From a virus, in IMG/VR virus record IMGVR_UViG_3300003323_000990, positions 1 through 64,000 of that record: 64,000 nucleotides of DNA. The stretch is one strand, 5' to 3'. Below, piece by piece: positions 37,703 to 46,574 of the stretch. Made by a program: the position numbers and the translations under genes. Position 1 is the first letter of the stretch. Each line of letters starts with the position of its first letter. Below the pieces are notes generated by a model. It was not told the origin of the DNA and did not search any database. It saw nothing but the letters and a program-made list of their open reading frames with translations.

Positions 37703-38556
37703 TGGTAATAAAGCAACATTACTTCCCCACTCTGCAAGCTGCATGGGAAGGATTAAATGAATACCTAGCAAATAATGAGGCAGAGATTAGGAAGTCAGGG
37801 GGAGGAACATATGGAACAGAGATGGTTGCTTATAATACCTTCGTATCAATTGGAAAGACTTGGGTAGACCCTAAGTTTAATTTTGGAAGGGTATTGGGCT
37901 ATAGGAATAAAAAGTGGTCAAAGCTTATAAATAACTATGTTAACTTTGACTACCTTGACCTTATAAGAAGCGAGGTAAGGGATAGAGAGAAAAAGAAGGC
38001 AAAGAGTTATAATCATACCTACCATTTTGATAACTCCCATGGTTCTGGGAAGGATTGTCTTATATCATTAACTTTCATGAGGAAAGTAACTGATGATAAT
38101 CCCACGGTTATTTATAATACCAGGGCCTCTGAAGCAACAAAAAGGATGATATTTGATTTTCTTTTAATCCAAAGAATGGTCGAATATGTTTATGGGGAAG
38201 GAGTAACTGTGGAGATGGTTGCGTTCATTCCCTTTATGTTTATAAACGTAGAAGCCTTTCTTATATACATGGCCTGGAAGGGGAAAGATGCTGTAGTAGT
38301 TCCCCCTAAGGAAGGTTATTCAAAATTCCAACAACGGCTAGTATCAAAATATGATGAGTTCTCAACCCGTGATTTAAACTCAATTAAATATAAGGTCCAC
38401 AAGAGAGCAGCAGCCCAGGTGCAAAAAGACAAAAACGGTAATCCTATATCTGGAGCTCCAGATTTATTTGCAAAGGATTTAAAGTTTGATAACAAACGTA
38501 TTAAATTAGTGGCAGTAAGTAAAATAGAAAAATTAAACGAAGGCATTGCTATTTAA
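37702..38556 (+). CDS. divergent thymidylate-synthase-fold paralogue (function unknown)
   Basis: By-eye collinearity with ThyA: YFPTLQAAWEGL.., GGGTYGTEMVAYNTFVSI (compare RTGTGTLSIFGHQMRF), GKDCLISLTF (compare PCHAFFQF), YNTRASEATKRMIFDFLLIQRM (compare YQRSCDVFLGLPFNIASY). Several catalytic positions are not conserved. Confidence 0.4.
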   Translation: MVIKQHYFPTLQAAWEGLNEYLANNEAEIRKSGGGTYGTEMVAYNTFVSIGKTWVDPKFNFGRVLGYRNKKWSKLINNYVNFDYLDLIRSEVRDREKKKAKSYNHTYHFDNSHGSGKDCLISLTFMRKVTDDNPTVIYNTRASEATKRMIFDFLLIQRMVEYVYGEGVTVEMVAFIPFMFINVEAFLIYMAWKGKDAVVVPPKEGYSKFQQRLVSKYDEFSTRDLNSIKYKVHKRAAAQVQKDKNGNPISGAPDLFAKDLKFDNKRIKLVAVSKIEKLNEGIAI

Positions 38557-38577
38557 TAATACTATAATATTCCTACT

Positions 38578-39402
38578 ATGTACCTTGATAAAGCTATACA
38601 GAAAACAGCCCATACCTTAATTAACACAGGCTATGATATTACTACAGAGAAATGGCAGGGAGTAGATAATCCCCCTGCTATGTGGGAATCCTTAAACGTA
38701 GTATTAAATTCAGTAATGCCACAAACACCTGGGGAATTAACCAGGCTAGTAAAACCAAATTTACCCTGGGCAGAAAATCATTTTAGAGAAAGAATATCGG
38801 GTAAACCCCTTAATCCGGGAAACGAATACAAGAATTGGCCTTATTATAAGAGAGATGCCGAGATGCGTACTGAGGGAGAAAAATTTACTCACTCATACAT
38901 GGAGCGGTTTTGGCCAAAATATGCGGGGGGTAAATTTGCAGAAAATGATCCCGATGCAACAAAATATTACAAAGAAAAAAATTATGACCCCAATAAAGGC
39001 GTAAGGTATACTCTGGGTGATTTCAATGATCTGTTAATATTACTTAAAAAAGAACCACATACCCGCCAAGCATACCTCCCAATTTGGTTTCCAGAGGACA
39101 CAGGAGTAGTGCACGGAGGTAGAGTTCCCTGCTCTTTGGGATACTATTTCATTATGAGAAGGGGATATTTACATTTAAACTACTACATTAGGAGTTGCGA
39201 TTTTTTAAGACATTTTAAAGACGATATATACATGGCAGTAAGGTTAGCTCAGGAGTTATTAAATCAACTAAGGTATTTAGATAATAGCTGGGATGATGTT
39301 GAGTTAGGAACATTCAATATGTATATAGGTTCACTCCATATATTTCTACAGGAACTAAATATTGTAAAGAAAAGATATGAACCAGACATTCAACACAGAT
39401 AG
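38578..39402 (+). CDS. ThyA-family pyrimidine nucleotide C5-modifying enzyme, dCMP hydroxymethylase-like
   Basis: LLKKEPHTRQAYLPIWFPED, RVPCSLGYYF (catalytic Cys), YIRSCDFLRHFKDDIY and IGSLHIF are collinear with the ThyA core. Asp sits at the position of the ThyA uracil-selecting Asn. Confidence 0.65.
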   Translation: MYLDKAIQKTAHTLINTGYDITTEKWQGVDNPPAMWESLNVVLNSVMPQTPGELTRLVKPNLPWAENHFRERISGKPLNPGNEYKNWPYYKRDAEMRTEGEKFTHSYMERFWPKYAGGKFAENDPDATKYYKEKNYDPNKGVRYTLGDFNDLLILLKKEPHTRQAYLPIWFPEDTGVVHGGRVPCSLGYYFIMRRGYLHLNYYIRSCDFLRHFKDDIYMAVRLAQELLNQLRYLDNSWDDVELGTFNMYIGSLHIFLQELNIVKKRYEPDIQHR

Positions 39403-39838
39403 AATAGAAAGGGCAATACTTAATATGAGTATTGCCTTTTTGGTTTCTAAGAGGGGCACTTGCCAAAGAGCAAAAGTAGGATGCGTTATAACCCAAGATA
39501 AACGGATAGTTGCTACAGGGTATAATGGGCAAATATTAAATGCTGGAGAGTGCAGGGATATATGCGATATAACTATAGGTTGTAAGCATGCTGTACATGC
39601 CGAGGCCAATGCTATTGCATTCTCTGCTAGGTTGGGTATTAGTTTATTGGGAAGTACACTATATTGCACCCATCAACCATGCTATGAGTGCGCTAAAATA
39701 ATTATACAGGCTGGTATTAACAAAGTATATTATTGCTTACCTTATAGAATAACCGATGGTATACATTTATTATCTGAAGCAGGGATAGAGCTAAATTCAA
39801 TTAACTATGAGTCAATTAAAAATCATATCATCCCATAA
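39377..39838 (+). CDS. dCMP deaminase
   Basis: Zinc-binding motifs CKHAVHAEANAI (HAE) and THQPCYECAKII (PCxxC). Confidence 0.85.
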   Translation: MNQTFNTDRIERAILNMSIAFLVSKRGTCQRAKVGCVITQDKRIVATGYNGQILNAGECRDICDITIGCKHAVHAEANAIAFSARLGISLLGSTLYCTHQPCYECAKIIIQAGINKVYYCLPYRITDGIHLLSEAGIELNSINYESIKNHIIP

Positions 39839-42020
39839 GCAGGTTAAGCAATTAATTAAATACTGTAAGCAGACAGGGTATGCCTCTGTCGATTTTGAAA
39901 CATCAGATAAGCGGTATTGGATAGATGAAGAGTATCCAACAATATTGGGGGTATCTTTTCAAATTGGGGGAGCTTGGATAATACCACTAAACCATTTTGA
40001 AAGTCCTTTCCGGGATAAATCTAAGGGGGGGGATGGTAGTTGGAAGAAATTACTAAAATTATTCGGAAAAGAGGTAGTAGAAAACCCAGATATAGTTAAG
40101 GTAGCTCACAACCTAAAGTTTGAATACAAATGGTTTTTACGTTATGGTATCCAAATGAGGGGAAGGTTATTTGATACCATGCTTGCAAAATACCTTCTTG
40201 ATGAAGAAAGACCCCATGATTTAAAAAGTTTAGTACAGGTATTATATCCCCAATATGCTCATTATGAAGATGAGTTAGATAAAAATTTACCTTGGGACAA
40301 AAAGCCCATGAAAACATTAGCTCCTTATTGTGGGATAGATACTGATCTGGAGTTACGAATAATGTGCTACCTGGAGAGAAGGCTAATGAAATTGGGTTTT
40401 TATAATCTATTTCGTAACCTTCTTATGATGTCCTCCCGGGTATTAGCAGAATCTGAGTATTATGGAATGGTGGTAGATAGGCCATATCTGGAGGGATTAG
40501 TTGGAAAGTATAATACCCTTATAAAGGAATGTGAAGTAAAGTTAAGGCAAAATAAGAAGGTATTACTATACGAAAAAACCTGGAGGCAGGATTTTAAACA
40601 TAAATTAATTGATAAAGAAAAGTGGGAGATAAAAAATATCCAAAATGGTTTATCAGGAGATGGTAAATCAAAACTAGCAGAGAGGTCAAATCCTGATAGT
40701 CTGATAAAAAACAGGCAAATAAAAATACAAAATATACTTGAAGGGAAATTTAATACTAAGGATGCTGAGAAATATAAGGAGGGATTAAACTTTGGTTCTC
40801 CACAGCAATTAGTACCATTCTTTTACACCTCTGAGTTTGGATTGAAATTTAAAATAATAGATAAAACAGATTCGGGTAATCCCAGTACAGCAGAAGAAAC
40901 TCTGCTCAAGTATTTAAAGAAAGATAAGACAGGAGTAATTAATACATTATTAGAATTAAGGGGACTAGAAAAGCTGCAATCTACGTATATACGCGGAATG
41001 TATGAAATACTCACAGACGATAATAGAGTACACGGTACTTATAATATTCATGGTACTGTAACTGGGAGGTTAAGTAGTTCCGACCCCAATATGCAGAATA
41101 TCCCGAGGGTAACAACTAATCCCGATGTAAAGAGGATGTTTATTGCCCCAAAAGGAATGCTTATATTGGAGGTAGATTATTCCCAAGCAGAACTTCGTAT
41201 AGTTGCAGAGGTAGCACAGGATGAGGCTATGCTCGATATCTTCAAGAGGAATTATAATATCCACGTTGCAACCGCTTGTAAGAAGAATAAAGCATTAGAT
41301 AGGTATGAAGAAATAAAGAAGATACTAAAGGACGAGGACCATCCAGATTGGTTATTCTGGACTAAAGAGAAAAAGAAGGCAAAGACGATTAACTTTGGTA
41401 TATTATATGAGCAGGGGGATGAAATGCTTGCTGAGGGCATGGGAGTTACAGTGGAAGAGGCAAAAGAGTTCAAAGAGGAATGGTTTAAGATGTTCCCCGG
41501 AGTTGCAAAATGGATGAAGGAGCAGCATAAAGCAGTAGTAAGGGATGAACATGTTAAATCATTATGGGGAAGAAAAAGGAGATTATATAATATAACCCAC
41601 CCGGAGAAATGGGCTAGAGCTGAGGCTTTAAGACAATCAGTAAACTGTCCAATACAATCAGCTGCCTCAGATTTTACACTATTCTCCACTGTAGTTCTCC
41701 GGGAGATGATGCAGAAAGGAGAAATACCCTATATGCAACAATGCTACACGGTGCATGACTCCATAGGTTATTACATAAAACCAGAACTTCTCGATAAAGT
41801 AGTACCCATTATAACTAAAGTATGTGGTAACCCACAAACGATGGAATACTTTGGATTTGAACTAAAAGATGTATGGATGAAAGTATCACCAGAGGTTGGT
41901 GCATCTTGGGGAGATTTAGAGGAATGGGAAAAGGGGAAAGACTATTCACATTTATTAAATAAAAACTATGTATCACGCAAGCAGAAAGGATTACATAAAG
42001 CTCCTACCAGTGCTAACTGA
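39807..42020 (+). CDS. polA: family A DNA polymerase with 3'-5' exonuclease domain
   Basis: Exo I is ASVDFETS, Exo II is AHNLKFEYKW, Exo III is YCGIDTD. Pol motif A is LEVDYSQAELRIVA, motif B is KKAKTINFGILYEQG, motif C is YTVHDSIGY. Confidence 0.9.
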   Translation: MSQLKIISSHKQVKQLIKYCKQTGYASVDFETSDKRYWIDEEYPTILGVSFQIGGAWIIPLNHFESPFRDKSKGGDGSWKKLLKLFGKEVVENPDIVKVAHNLKFEYKWFLRYGIQMRGRLFDTMLAKYLLDEERPHDLKSLVQVLYPQYAHYEDELDKNLPWDKKPMKTLAPYCGIDTDLELRIMCYLERRLMKLGFYNLFRNLLMMSSRVLAESEYYGMVVDRPYLEGLVGKYNTLIKECEVKLRQNKKVLLYEKTWRQDFKHKLIDKEKWEIKNIQNGLSGDGKSKLAERSNPDSLIKNRQIKIQNILEGKFNTKDAEKYKEGLNFGSPQQLVPFFYTSEFGLKFKIIDKTDSGNPSTAEETLLKYLKKDKTGVINTLLELRGLEKLQSTYIRGMYEILTDDNRVHGTYNIHGTVTGRLSSSDPNMQNIPRVTTNPDVKRMFIAPKGMLILEVDYSQAELRIVAEVAQDEAMLDIFKRNYNIHVATACKKNKALDRYEEIKKILKDEDHPDWLFWTKEKKKAKTINFGILYEQGDEMLAEGMGVTVEEAKEFKEEWFKMFPGVAKWMKEQHKAVVRDEHVKSLWGRKRRLYNITHPEKWARAEALRQSVNCPIQSAASDFTLFSTVVLREMMQKGEIPYMQQCYTVHDSIGYYIKPELLDKVVPIITKVCGNPQTMEYFGFELKDVWMKVSPEVGASWGDLEEWEKGKDYSHLLNKNYVSRKQKGLHKAPTSAN

Positions 42021-42312
42021 GGCATTTGATTATACAATGGATTTTTGGAGATCGGGTATGATGCACCTTCCCCCTTTGTTAATAAGAGAGCTGGACGGAA
42101 TGAGTCCGGGAATAATAATGCCTAATAGAATGGGTAGTGATATTGAAATATACTGTCGTAATATTTATAACTTTTGCTTTACAGTTTGGGGATATAACAA
42201 AGAGGGATTTGAACGATGTGAGCAAGCTGCTATAGCAAGGGTAAAAGCAAAAGTAGATTATTTATGTGGGGCTGCTAATAGTAAAATTAATTACGAACAT
42301 AAACTTAAATAA
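41968..42312 (+). CDS. hypothetical protein
   Basis: An ATG at 41968 overlaps the polymerase 3' end by 53 nt. An in-frame ATG at 42037 (MDFWRSG...) is an equally plausible start. Confidence 0.45.
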   Translation: MYHASRKDYIKLLPVLTEAFDYTMDFWRSGMMHLPPLLIRELDGMSPGIIMPNRMGSDIEIYCRNIYNFCFTVWGYNKEGFERCEQAAIARVKAKVDYLCGAANSKINYEHKLK

Positions 42313-42978
42313 ATGAAAGTAGTAATGCTTGGTTCATCAGGAGCCGGAAAGACAACATTAGCAAAAGCAATTGCTGAGAAATTAGGACTCCAATACGTGG
42401 AGAACTCTGCTGGGCTTATCCTAACTAAGGAGGCAAAGAATACTTTGAAGCAAAGGTATGATTACTTTGGAGATGCTGGACAGGTGGGAGTAATTAATAA
42501 GTCTGCAGCTGAGCCCCAATTCGGAGTAGATTTTCAGGAGTGGATATTAACAAGTAGGTCTGAGATATTGGAGATGAACCAGAATATTATTTTGGATAGA
42601 TCCCCATTAGACCCCGTAGTATTCTGGTTGAATCAAGTAGTACATAATACTACTCAGGGAGAAACAACTGAATTTATTACCAGGTGCTTCAGAGCGATGG
42701 TAGAAAGTGGGGTTACTCACGTAATAAGAGTGCCCCTGCAGAACCCCAATGAGGAGATTGAAAACAATGGTAGTAGATGCCACAATTGGTATTTCCAGAA
42801 AAAAATAGATCTACTCTTTGATCTGGTATTAGATTGGTTTAATGGTTGGAAGAATAGTGATCAAGTATTCATGGTAAATAATGAAAAACCCATGATAAGA
42901 ACTCACTACGTTAATACCTGGGATTGGGAAAACAGGTTAAAACAAGCATTATACTTTTTGAATAAGGATGCTATTTAA
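42313..42978 (+). CDS. P-loop deoxynucleoside/deoxynucleotide kinase-like protein
   Basis: Walker A MLGSSGAGKTTLAKAIA and the dNK-type ILDRSPLDPVVF block. Confidence 0.6.
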   Translation: MKVVMLGSSGAGKTTLAKAIAEKLGLQYVENSAGLILTKEAKNTLKQRYDYFGDAGQVGVINKSAAEPQFGVDFQEWILTSRSEILEMNQNIILDRSPLDPVVFWLNQVVHNTTQGETTEFITRCFRAMVESGVTHVIRVPLQNPNEEIENNGSRCHNWYFQKKIDLLFDLVLDWFNGWKNSDQVFMVNNEKPMIRTHYVNTWDWENRLKQALYFLNKDAI

Positions 42979-42983
42979 TTTAT

Positions 42984-43436
42984 ATGAGTAACTTAGGTAA
43001 ATATAAAGCAAGTAACCTTAACATTGTTAGAATAAGATGGGAAGGGGAGATAATTAAATTCAACCTATACGAAGAGGTTGCAATCAGTGAAGCAATGATT
43101 GCAAAGGAGATTAAATATCAACCTGCTCATTACGCTTTTCTATTACGTCTGCATAAAAAACTCCTAACCCGGTTTGAAGATTTAAAATTATCCCAGAAGA
43201 AAATATATAGTGAATTATTTTTAGAAGCCAAGATGGGTAGTAATGGGGGAAGACCAGCAAATGATGATGTTTGTAAAGCCCGTTCATTATCTGATGAAAG
43301 GTATATAAAAATATCAAAACAATGTATATCTGCACGGGATGATGCTGATACTATATATGCCTGCGTAAAGGCATTTGAACAAAGGAAAGATTTATTGCAA
43401 ACATTATCTTCCAATATAAGGAAGGAAGCATTTTAA
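42984..43436 (+). CDS. hypothetical protein (possible UvsY-like recombination mediator)
   Basis: 150 aa, helical, two genes upstream of the RecA gene. Only loose by-eye resemblance to T4 UvsY in size and organisation. Confidence 0.3.
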   Translation: MSNLGKYKASNLNIVRIRWEGEIIKFNLYEEVAISEAMIAKEIKYQPAHYAFLLRLHKKLLTRFEDLKLSQKKIYSELFLEAKMGSNGGRPANDDVCKARSLSDERYIKISKQCISARDDADTIYACVKAFEQRKDLLQTLSSNIRKEAF

Positions 43437-43461
43437 AAGTAACCTTAAATAAAAATATAAA

Positions 43462-44184
43462 ATGGCAAAACAATCATTAAGGGAGAAACTCCTGGATAAA
43501 CAAAAGAAATTAAAAGAAAAGGGTCAAGGTGGAAGTATGATCTTCTTTAAAGAGGGTGTTACACGCTGGAGGCCAGTACCAGTGGGAGACGGAGAATCTG
43601 ATTGGGGATTTGAGGTAATGTACGTTTACTTAAATAAAGAGTTGGGTGGCTATATTTCTCCCAAAACTTTTGGGGGCAAGGATGCCTACATTGAAGAATG
43701 GGAGCAAATGAAGGGAGCAAAGGACGAAGATGATAGAGCATTTGCTAAGAAAATGGCCCCAAAGAAACGCTACCTTGTTGCAGGGGTAAAATACAAGGAT
43801 GAAAAGGGCCAGGAGATCGACGAGGAGATGGGAGTTAAATTAGCTCTATGCTCTGGGGGATTATACAACGAAATGATAGACCTTTTCCTTGATGAGGATG
43901 ATGCCGGGGATTTTACAGATCCAATAAAGGGATACGATCTTAAAACAAAAAGATCAGGTAAAGGTCAATTTGATACCGAGTATCATATCATGAAATGTAA
44001 ACCTAGTAAATTGCCCAAAAAATTCAGGGGTCCCTATAACCTGGAAGAAATGATAAAGGCTGTAATTCCTACGTATAAACAAACAAAAGAATACCTGGAG
44101 AAATTCCTGGGTGGTTCAGCAGAAGAAGAAGAAACTGTGGTTAAGAAAAAGAAAAAGAAGAAATCACCAAAGGGGGATCTTTAA
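43462..44184 (+). CDS. hypothetical protein (possible ssDNA-binding protein)
   Basis: 240 aa with a charged C-terminal tail (AEEEETVVKKKKKKKSPKGDL), immediately upstream of recA. Positional inference only. Confidence 0.3.
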   Translation: MAKQSLREKLLDKQKKLKEKGQGGSMIFFKEGVTRWRPVPVGDGESDWGFEVMYVYLNKELGGYISPKTFGGKDAYIEEWEQMKGAKDEDDRAFAKKMAPKKRYLVAGVKYKDEKGQEIDEEMGVKLALCSGGLYNEMIDLFLDEDDAGDFTDPIKGYDLKTKRSGKGQFDTEYHIMKCKPSKLPKKFRGPYNLEEMIKAVIPTYKQTKEYLEKFLGGSAEEEETVVKKKKKKKSPKGDL

Positions 44185-44211
44185 TTTAAAAATCTTAACT
44201 AACACGGACAA

Positions 44212-45339
44212 ATGGCAACAAAAAGAGAAGTAGGAATTATACTTGATGATGCTTCATACAGAAGGAGATATCCCGATGTAAAGATGGCATCTGATATGTT
44301 CAAATCACTAGAAGATGTTTTAAGGTTACCTAGTAGAATACTGGCCCTCAATAATTTAATTGGGGGCGGTATTCCATGGGGTTCAATCATGGAAATATAT
44401 GGAGAAGAGAGCACTGGTAAAAGTTTATTAGCTACAGATTTTGCAGCAGTAGCCCACTCATTAGGGGGAGTAGTACTATGGGATGATGCTGAGGGAACAT
44501 TTGATCCTTTCTGGGCAGCTGCCCATGGATTAGACCCCACAAAAACTGAGATTTATCCCGAAAACATAATTGAGAATATAAGTGATTGGGTGGCAGACTC
44601 TGTAGTAAAATGGAGAGCAAAGCTAACTAATAATGAACCTATATTATTAGTAGTAGATTCTACAGCAGCTGTTGATACCATGGATAACATAAATTCTTCT
44701 CAGGCAGATGCCAAGGCAGAGATGGGTAATAGAGCAAAAGCAATATATAAAATGCTCCGGGTAAGGAATAAATTATTCCAGAAGTATGGAGTATGTGTTA
44801 TATTTATTAACCAGCTTCGTAAGAAAGTAGGAGCCTCTAAATATGAGGACCCCGATACTACCCCCGGGGGAGATGCAATGAAATTCTTTGCTTCAATAAG
44901 GTTGGGTATTTATAGAGGTAAGAAAATAGAGGATGAAAATGAAGAGCTTGTTGGGCACATGGTATGGATTAGAGTAAAGAAAAATAAAACTGCTCCACCC
45001 AAGAAAAGGATACTGGCAGAAGTATACTTTGTTGATTCTAACGGAAAATTAGGATATAGTAAATATAAACATCTCTGGGAAGCCTTAGTTGTAAAGGGAA
45101 CCATTAAAAGGAAGAATGCTCGATTTTATTATAAGGGAGAGCAAATAGCTCACGGAGATGCAGCTATGGAGAAAGTTATAGCAACTAATATAGAACTACG
45201 AAAGAAACTTATTAAAAGAGCAGGAATAAATACTGTATCCACTATAAGAGAAAAGCTGGATGCTCTTAAAGTAAATAGGTATCCAGTAAATATGAAAAAG
45301 AAAAAAGATAAAAAACAACCAGAAGATGAAGCTGAGTAA
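44212..45339 (+). CDS. recA: RecA/UvsX-type recombinase
   Basis: Walker A GEESTGKSLLA and Walker B ILLVVDS. INQLRKKVG and TTPGGDAMKFFASIRL are conserved RecA blocks. Confidence 0.85.
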   Translation: MATKREVGIILDDASYRRRYPDVKMASDMFKSLEDVLRLPSRILALNNLIGGGIPWGSIMEIYGEESTGKSLLATDFAAVAHSLGGVVLWDDAEGTFDPFWAAAHGLDPTKTEIYPENIIENISDWVADSVVKWRAKLTNNEPILLVVDSTAAVDTMDNINSSQADAKAEMGNRAKAIYKMLRVRNKLFQKYGVCVIFINQLRKKVGASKYEDPDTTPGGDAMKFFASIRLGIYRGKKIEDENEELVGHMVWIRVKKNKTAPPKKRILAEVYFVDSNGKLGYSKYKHLWEALVVKGTIKRKNARFYYKGEQIAHGDAAMEKVIATNIELRKKLIKRAGINTVSTIREKLDALKVNRYPVNMKKKKDKKQPEDEAE

Positions 45340-46240
45340 ATCTGAACCCCCTTTAGCTCTCATAATAGACGGAGATAACTTGGCACATGCTGCATTATAT
45401 TCCTATAAAAGGTTATCATACAAGGGTAAATCTACCTCCGTTATATTTGGTTTACCTTCAATGCTTAGGCCCCTGGTAACACAAACCAATGCCGATAAAC
45501 TAATTATATGCTGGGATGGTAAAAAGCACCAAAAGAGGCTGGAACTTAATCCCAAGTATAAATCTCACAGAGAAGAAAAACGGGACCCAGTACTAAGGGC
45601 TGATTACTTCCGGCAGAAGTTTGCAGTAATGAGGTATTTTAAATTGCTGGGAGTATGCCAAGCTTATGATGAGAATATTGAGGGGGATGACATGGTTTAC
45701 TTGGTGAATAAAAAAATGCTTCGTAAAGGGTATAATACTAAGATAATATCTGGTGATAAGGATATGGAGCAATTAATATCTAAATATACCACAGTATATA
45801 ATCACAGAGAAAAATTAACACTGGTACCTGGTAAACTTTATGAAGCTTACAGAAGTATAAAGGAAACACAGATAGTAGATTATATATGCTTAACCGGAGA
45901 CGACTCTGATGATATAGAAGGCTATAGAGGAATAGGCCCAGTAAATGCAGTTAAATTCCTTAATCAGCATGGATCTATTGAATTATTCCTGGGAAGTAAA
46001 AAAACATTTGGCAGCATTGACAAAGATAAACTTGCTGCCCTTTATAAAATAAATAAACCCCTTATAGATTTAGCTGTATTTAATAAGAAATATAATAAAG
46101 GAATTAAAGCTACCTTCTATAAAGGTAAGTTTTGTCCTAAATATAATGAGCTTAAATACCTTGCATTTTGCACTAAGTATGGGCTTAAAACTCAACTCAC
46201 TAAACAATTCATAAATACTTTTAACAATGGCAAAAGTTGA
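45326..46240 (+). CDS. 5'-3' exonuclease / flap endonuclease (PIN plus H3TH)
   Basis: LIIDGDNLAH, ISGDKDMEQL and LTGDDSDDIEGYRGIGPVNAVKFL. Confidence 0.8.
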   Translation: MKLSKSEPPLALIIDGDNLAHAALYSYKRLSYKGKSTSVIFGLPSMLRPLVTQTNADKLIICWDGKKHQKRLELNPKYKSHREEKRDPVLRADYFRQKFAVMRYFKLLGVCQAYDENIEGDDMVYLVNKKMLRKGYNTKIISGDKDMEQLISKYTTVYNHREKLTLVPGKLYEAYRSIKETQIVDYICLTGDDSDDIEGYRGIGPVNAVKFLNQHGSIELFLGSKKTFGSIDKDKLAALYKINKPLIDLAVFNKKYNKGIKATFYKGKFCPKYNELKYLAFCTKYGLKTQLTKQFINTFNNGKS

Positions 46241-46520
46241 AATCGAGAAATTATCATTATTTGGAGACAGGGTTTTAATCCTGGCTGATGCAGAGGAAGA
46301 GAGAACAGCTTCGGGTTTATATCTTCCTAAGAAAGATAAGGATGCTGAGCCCCCAAGAACTGGTACAGTTAAAGCAATTGGGGATGAAGTAGAAACCCTG
46401 GAAGTGGGGGATAGAGTAATGTTCGGTAAGTACGCCGGACAGGACTTTGAAGAAACACTGGGAGATAAGAACCTTCTTATAATGAGGGCTCCCGATGTAA
46501 TAGGTTTAATTAAGGACTAA
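46227..46520 (+). CDS. groES: GroES-type co-chaperonin
   Basis: LFGDRVLI..EEERTASGLYLP...PRTGTVKAIG...EVGDRVMFGKYAG...LLIMRAPDVIGLI is collinear with bacterial GroES. A 9-bp-stem hairpin follows. Confidence 0.85.
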   Translation: MAKVEIEKLSLFGDRVLILADAEEERTASGLYLPKKDKDAEPPRTGTVKAIGDEVETLEVGDRVMFGKYAGQDFEETLGDKNLLIMRAPDVIGLIKD

Positions 46521-46530
46521 ATTTATTAAA

Positions 46531-46560
46531 AGGGGATAGGTAAAACTATCCCCTTAGTGT
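46531..46560 (+). terminator. hairpin/terminator after groES
   Basis: Perfect 9-bp stem AGGGGATAG-gtaaaa-CTATCCCCT. The T-tract is weak (TAGTGTTT). Confidence 0.55.
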
Positions 46561-46574
46561 TTAAATATATACCA

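Noticed and set aside
44199-44540. 113-aa minus-strand ORF over the recA start
   Set aside because: The plus-strand frame carries unmistakable RecA Walker A/B motifs. The antisense product has no features.
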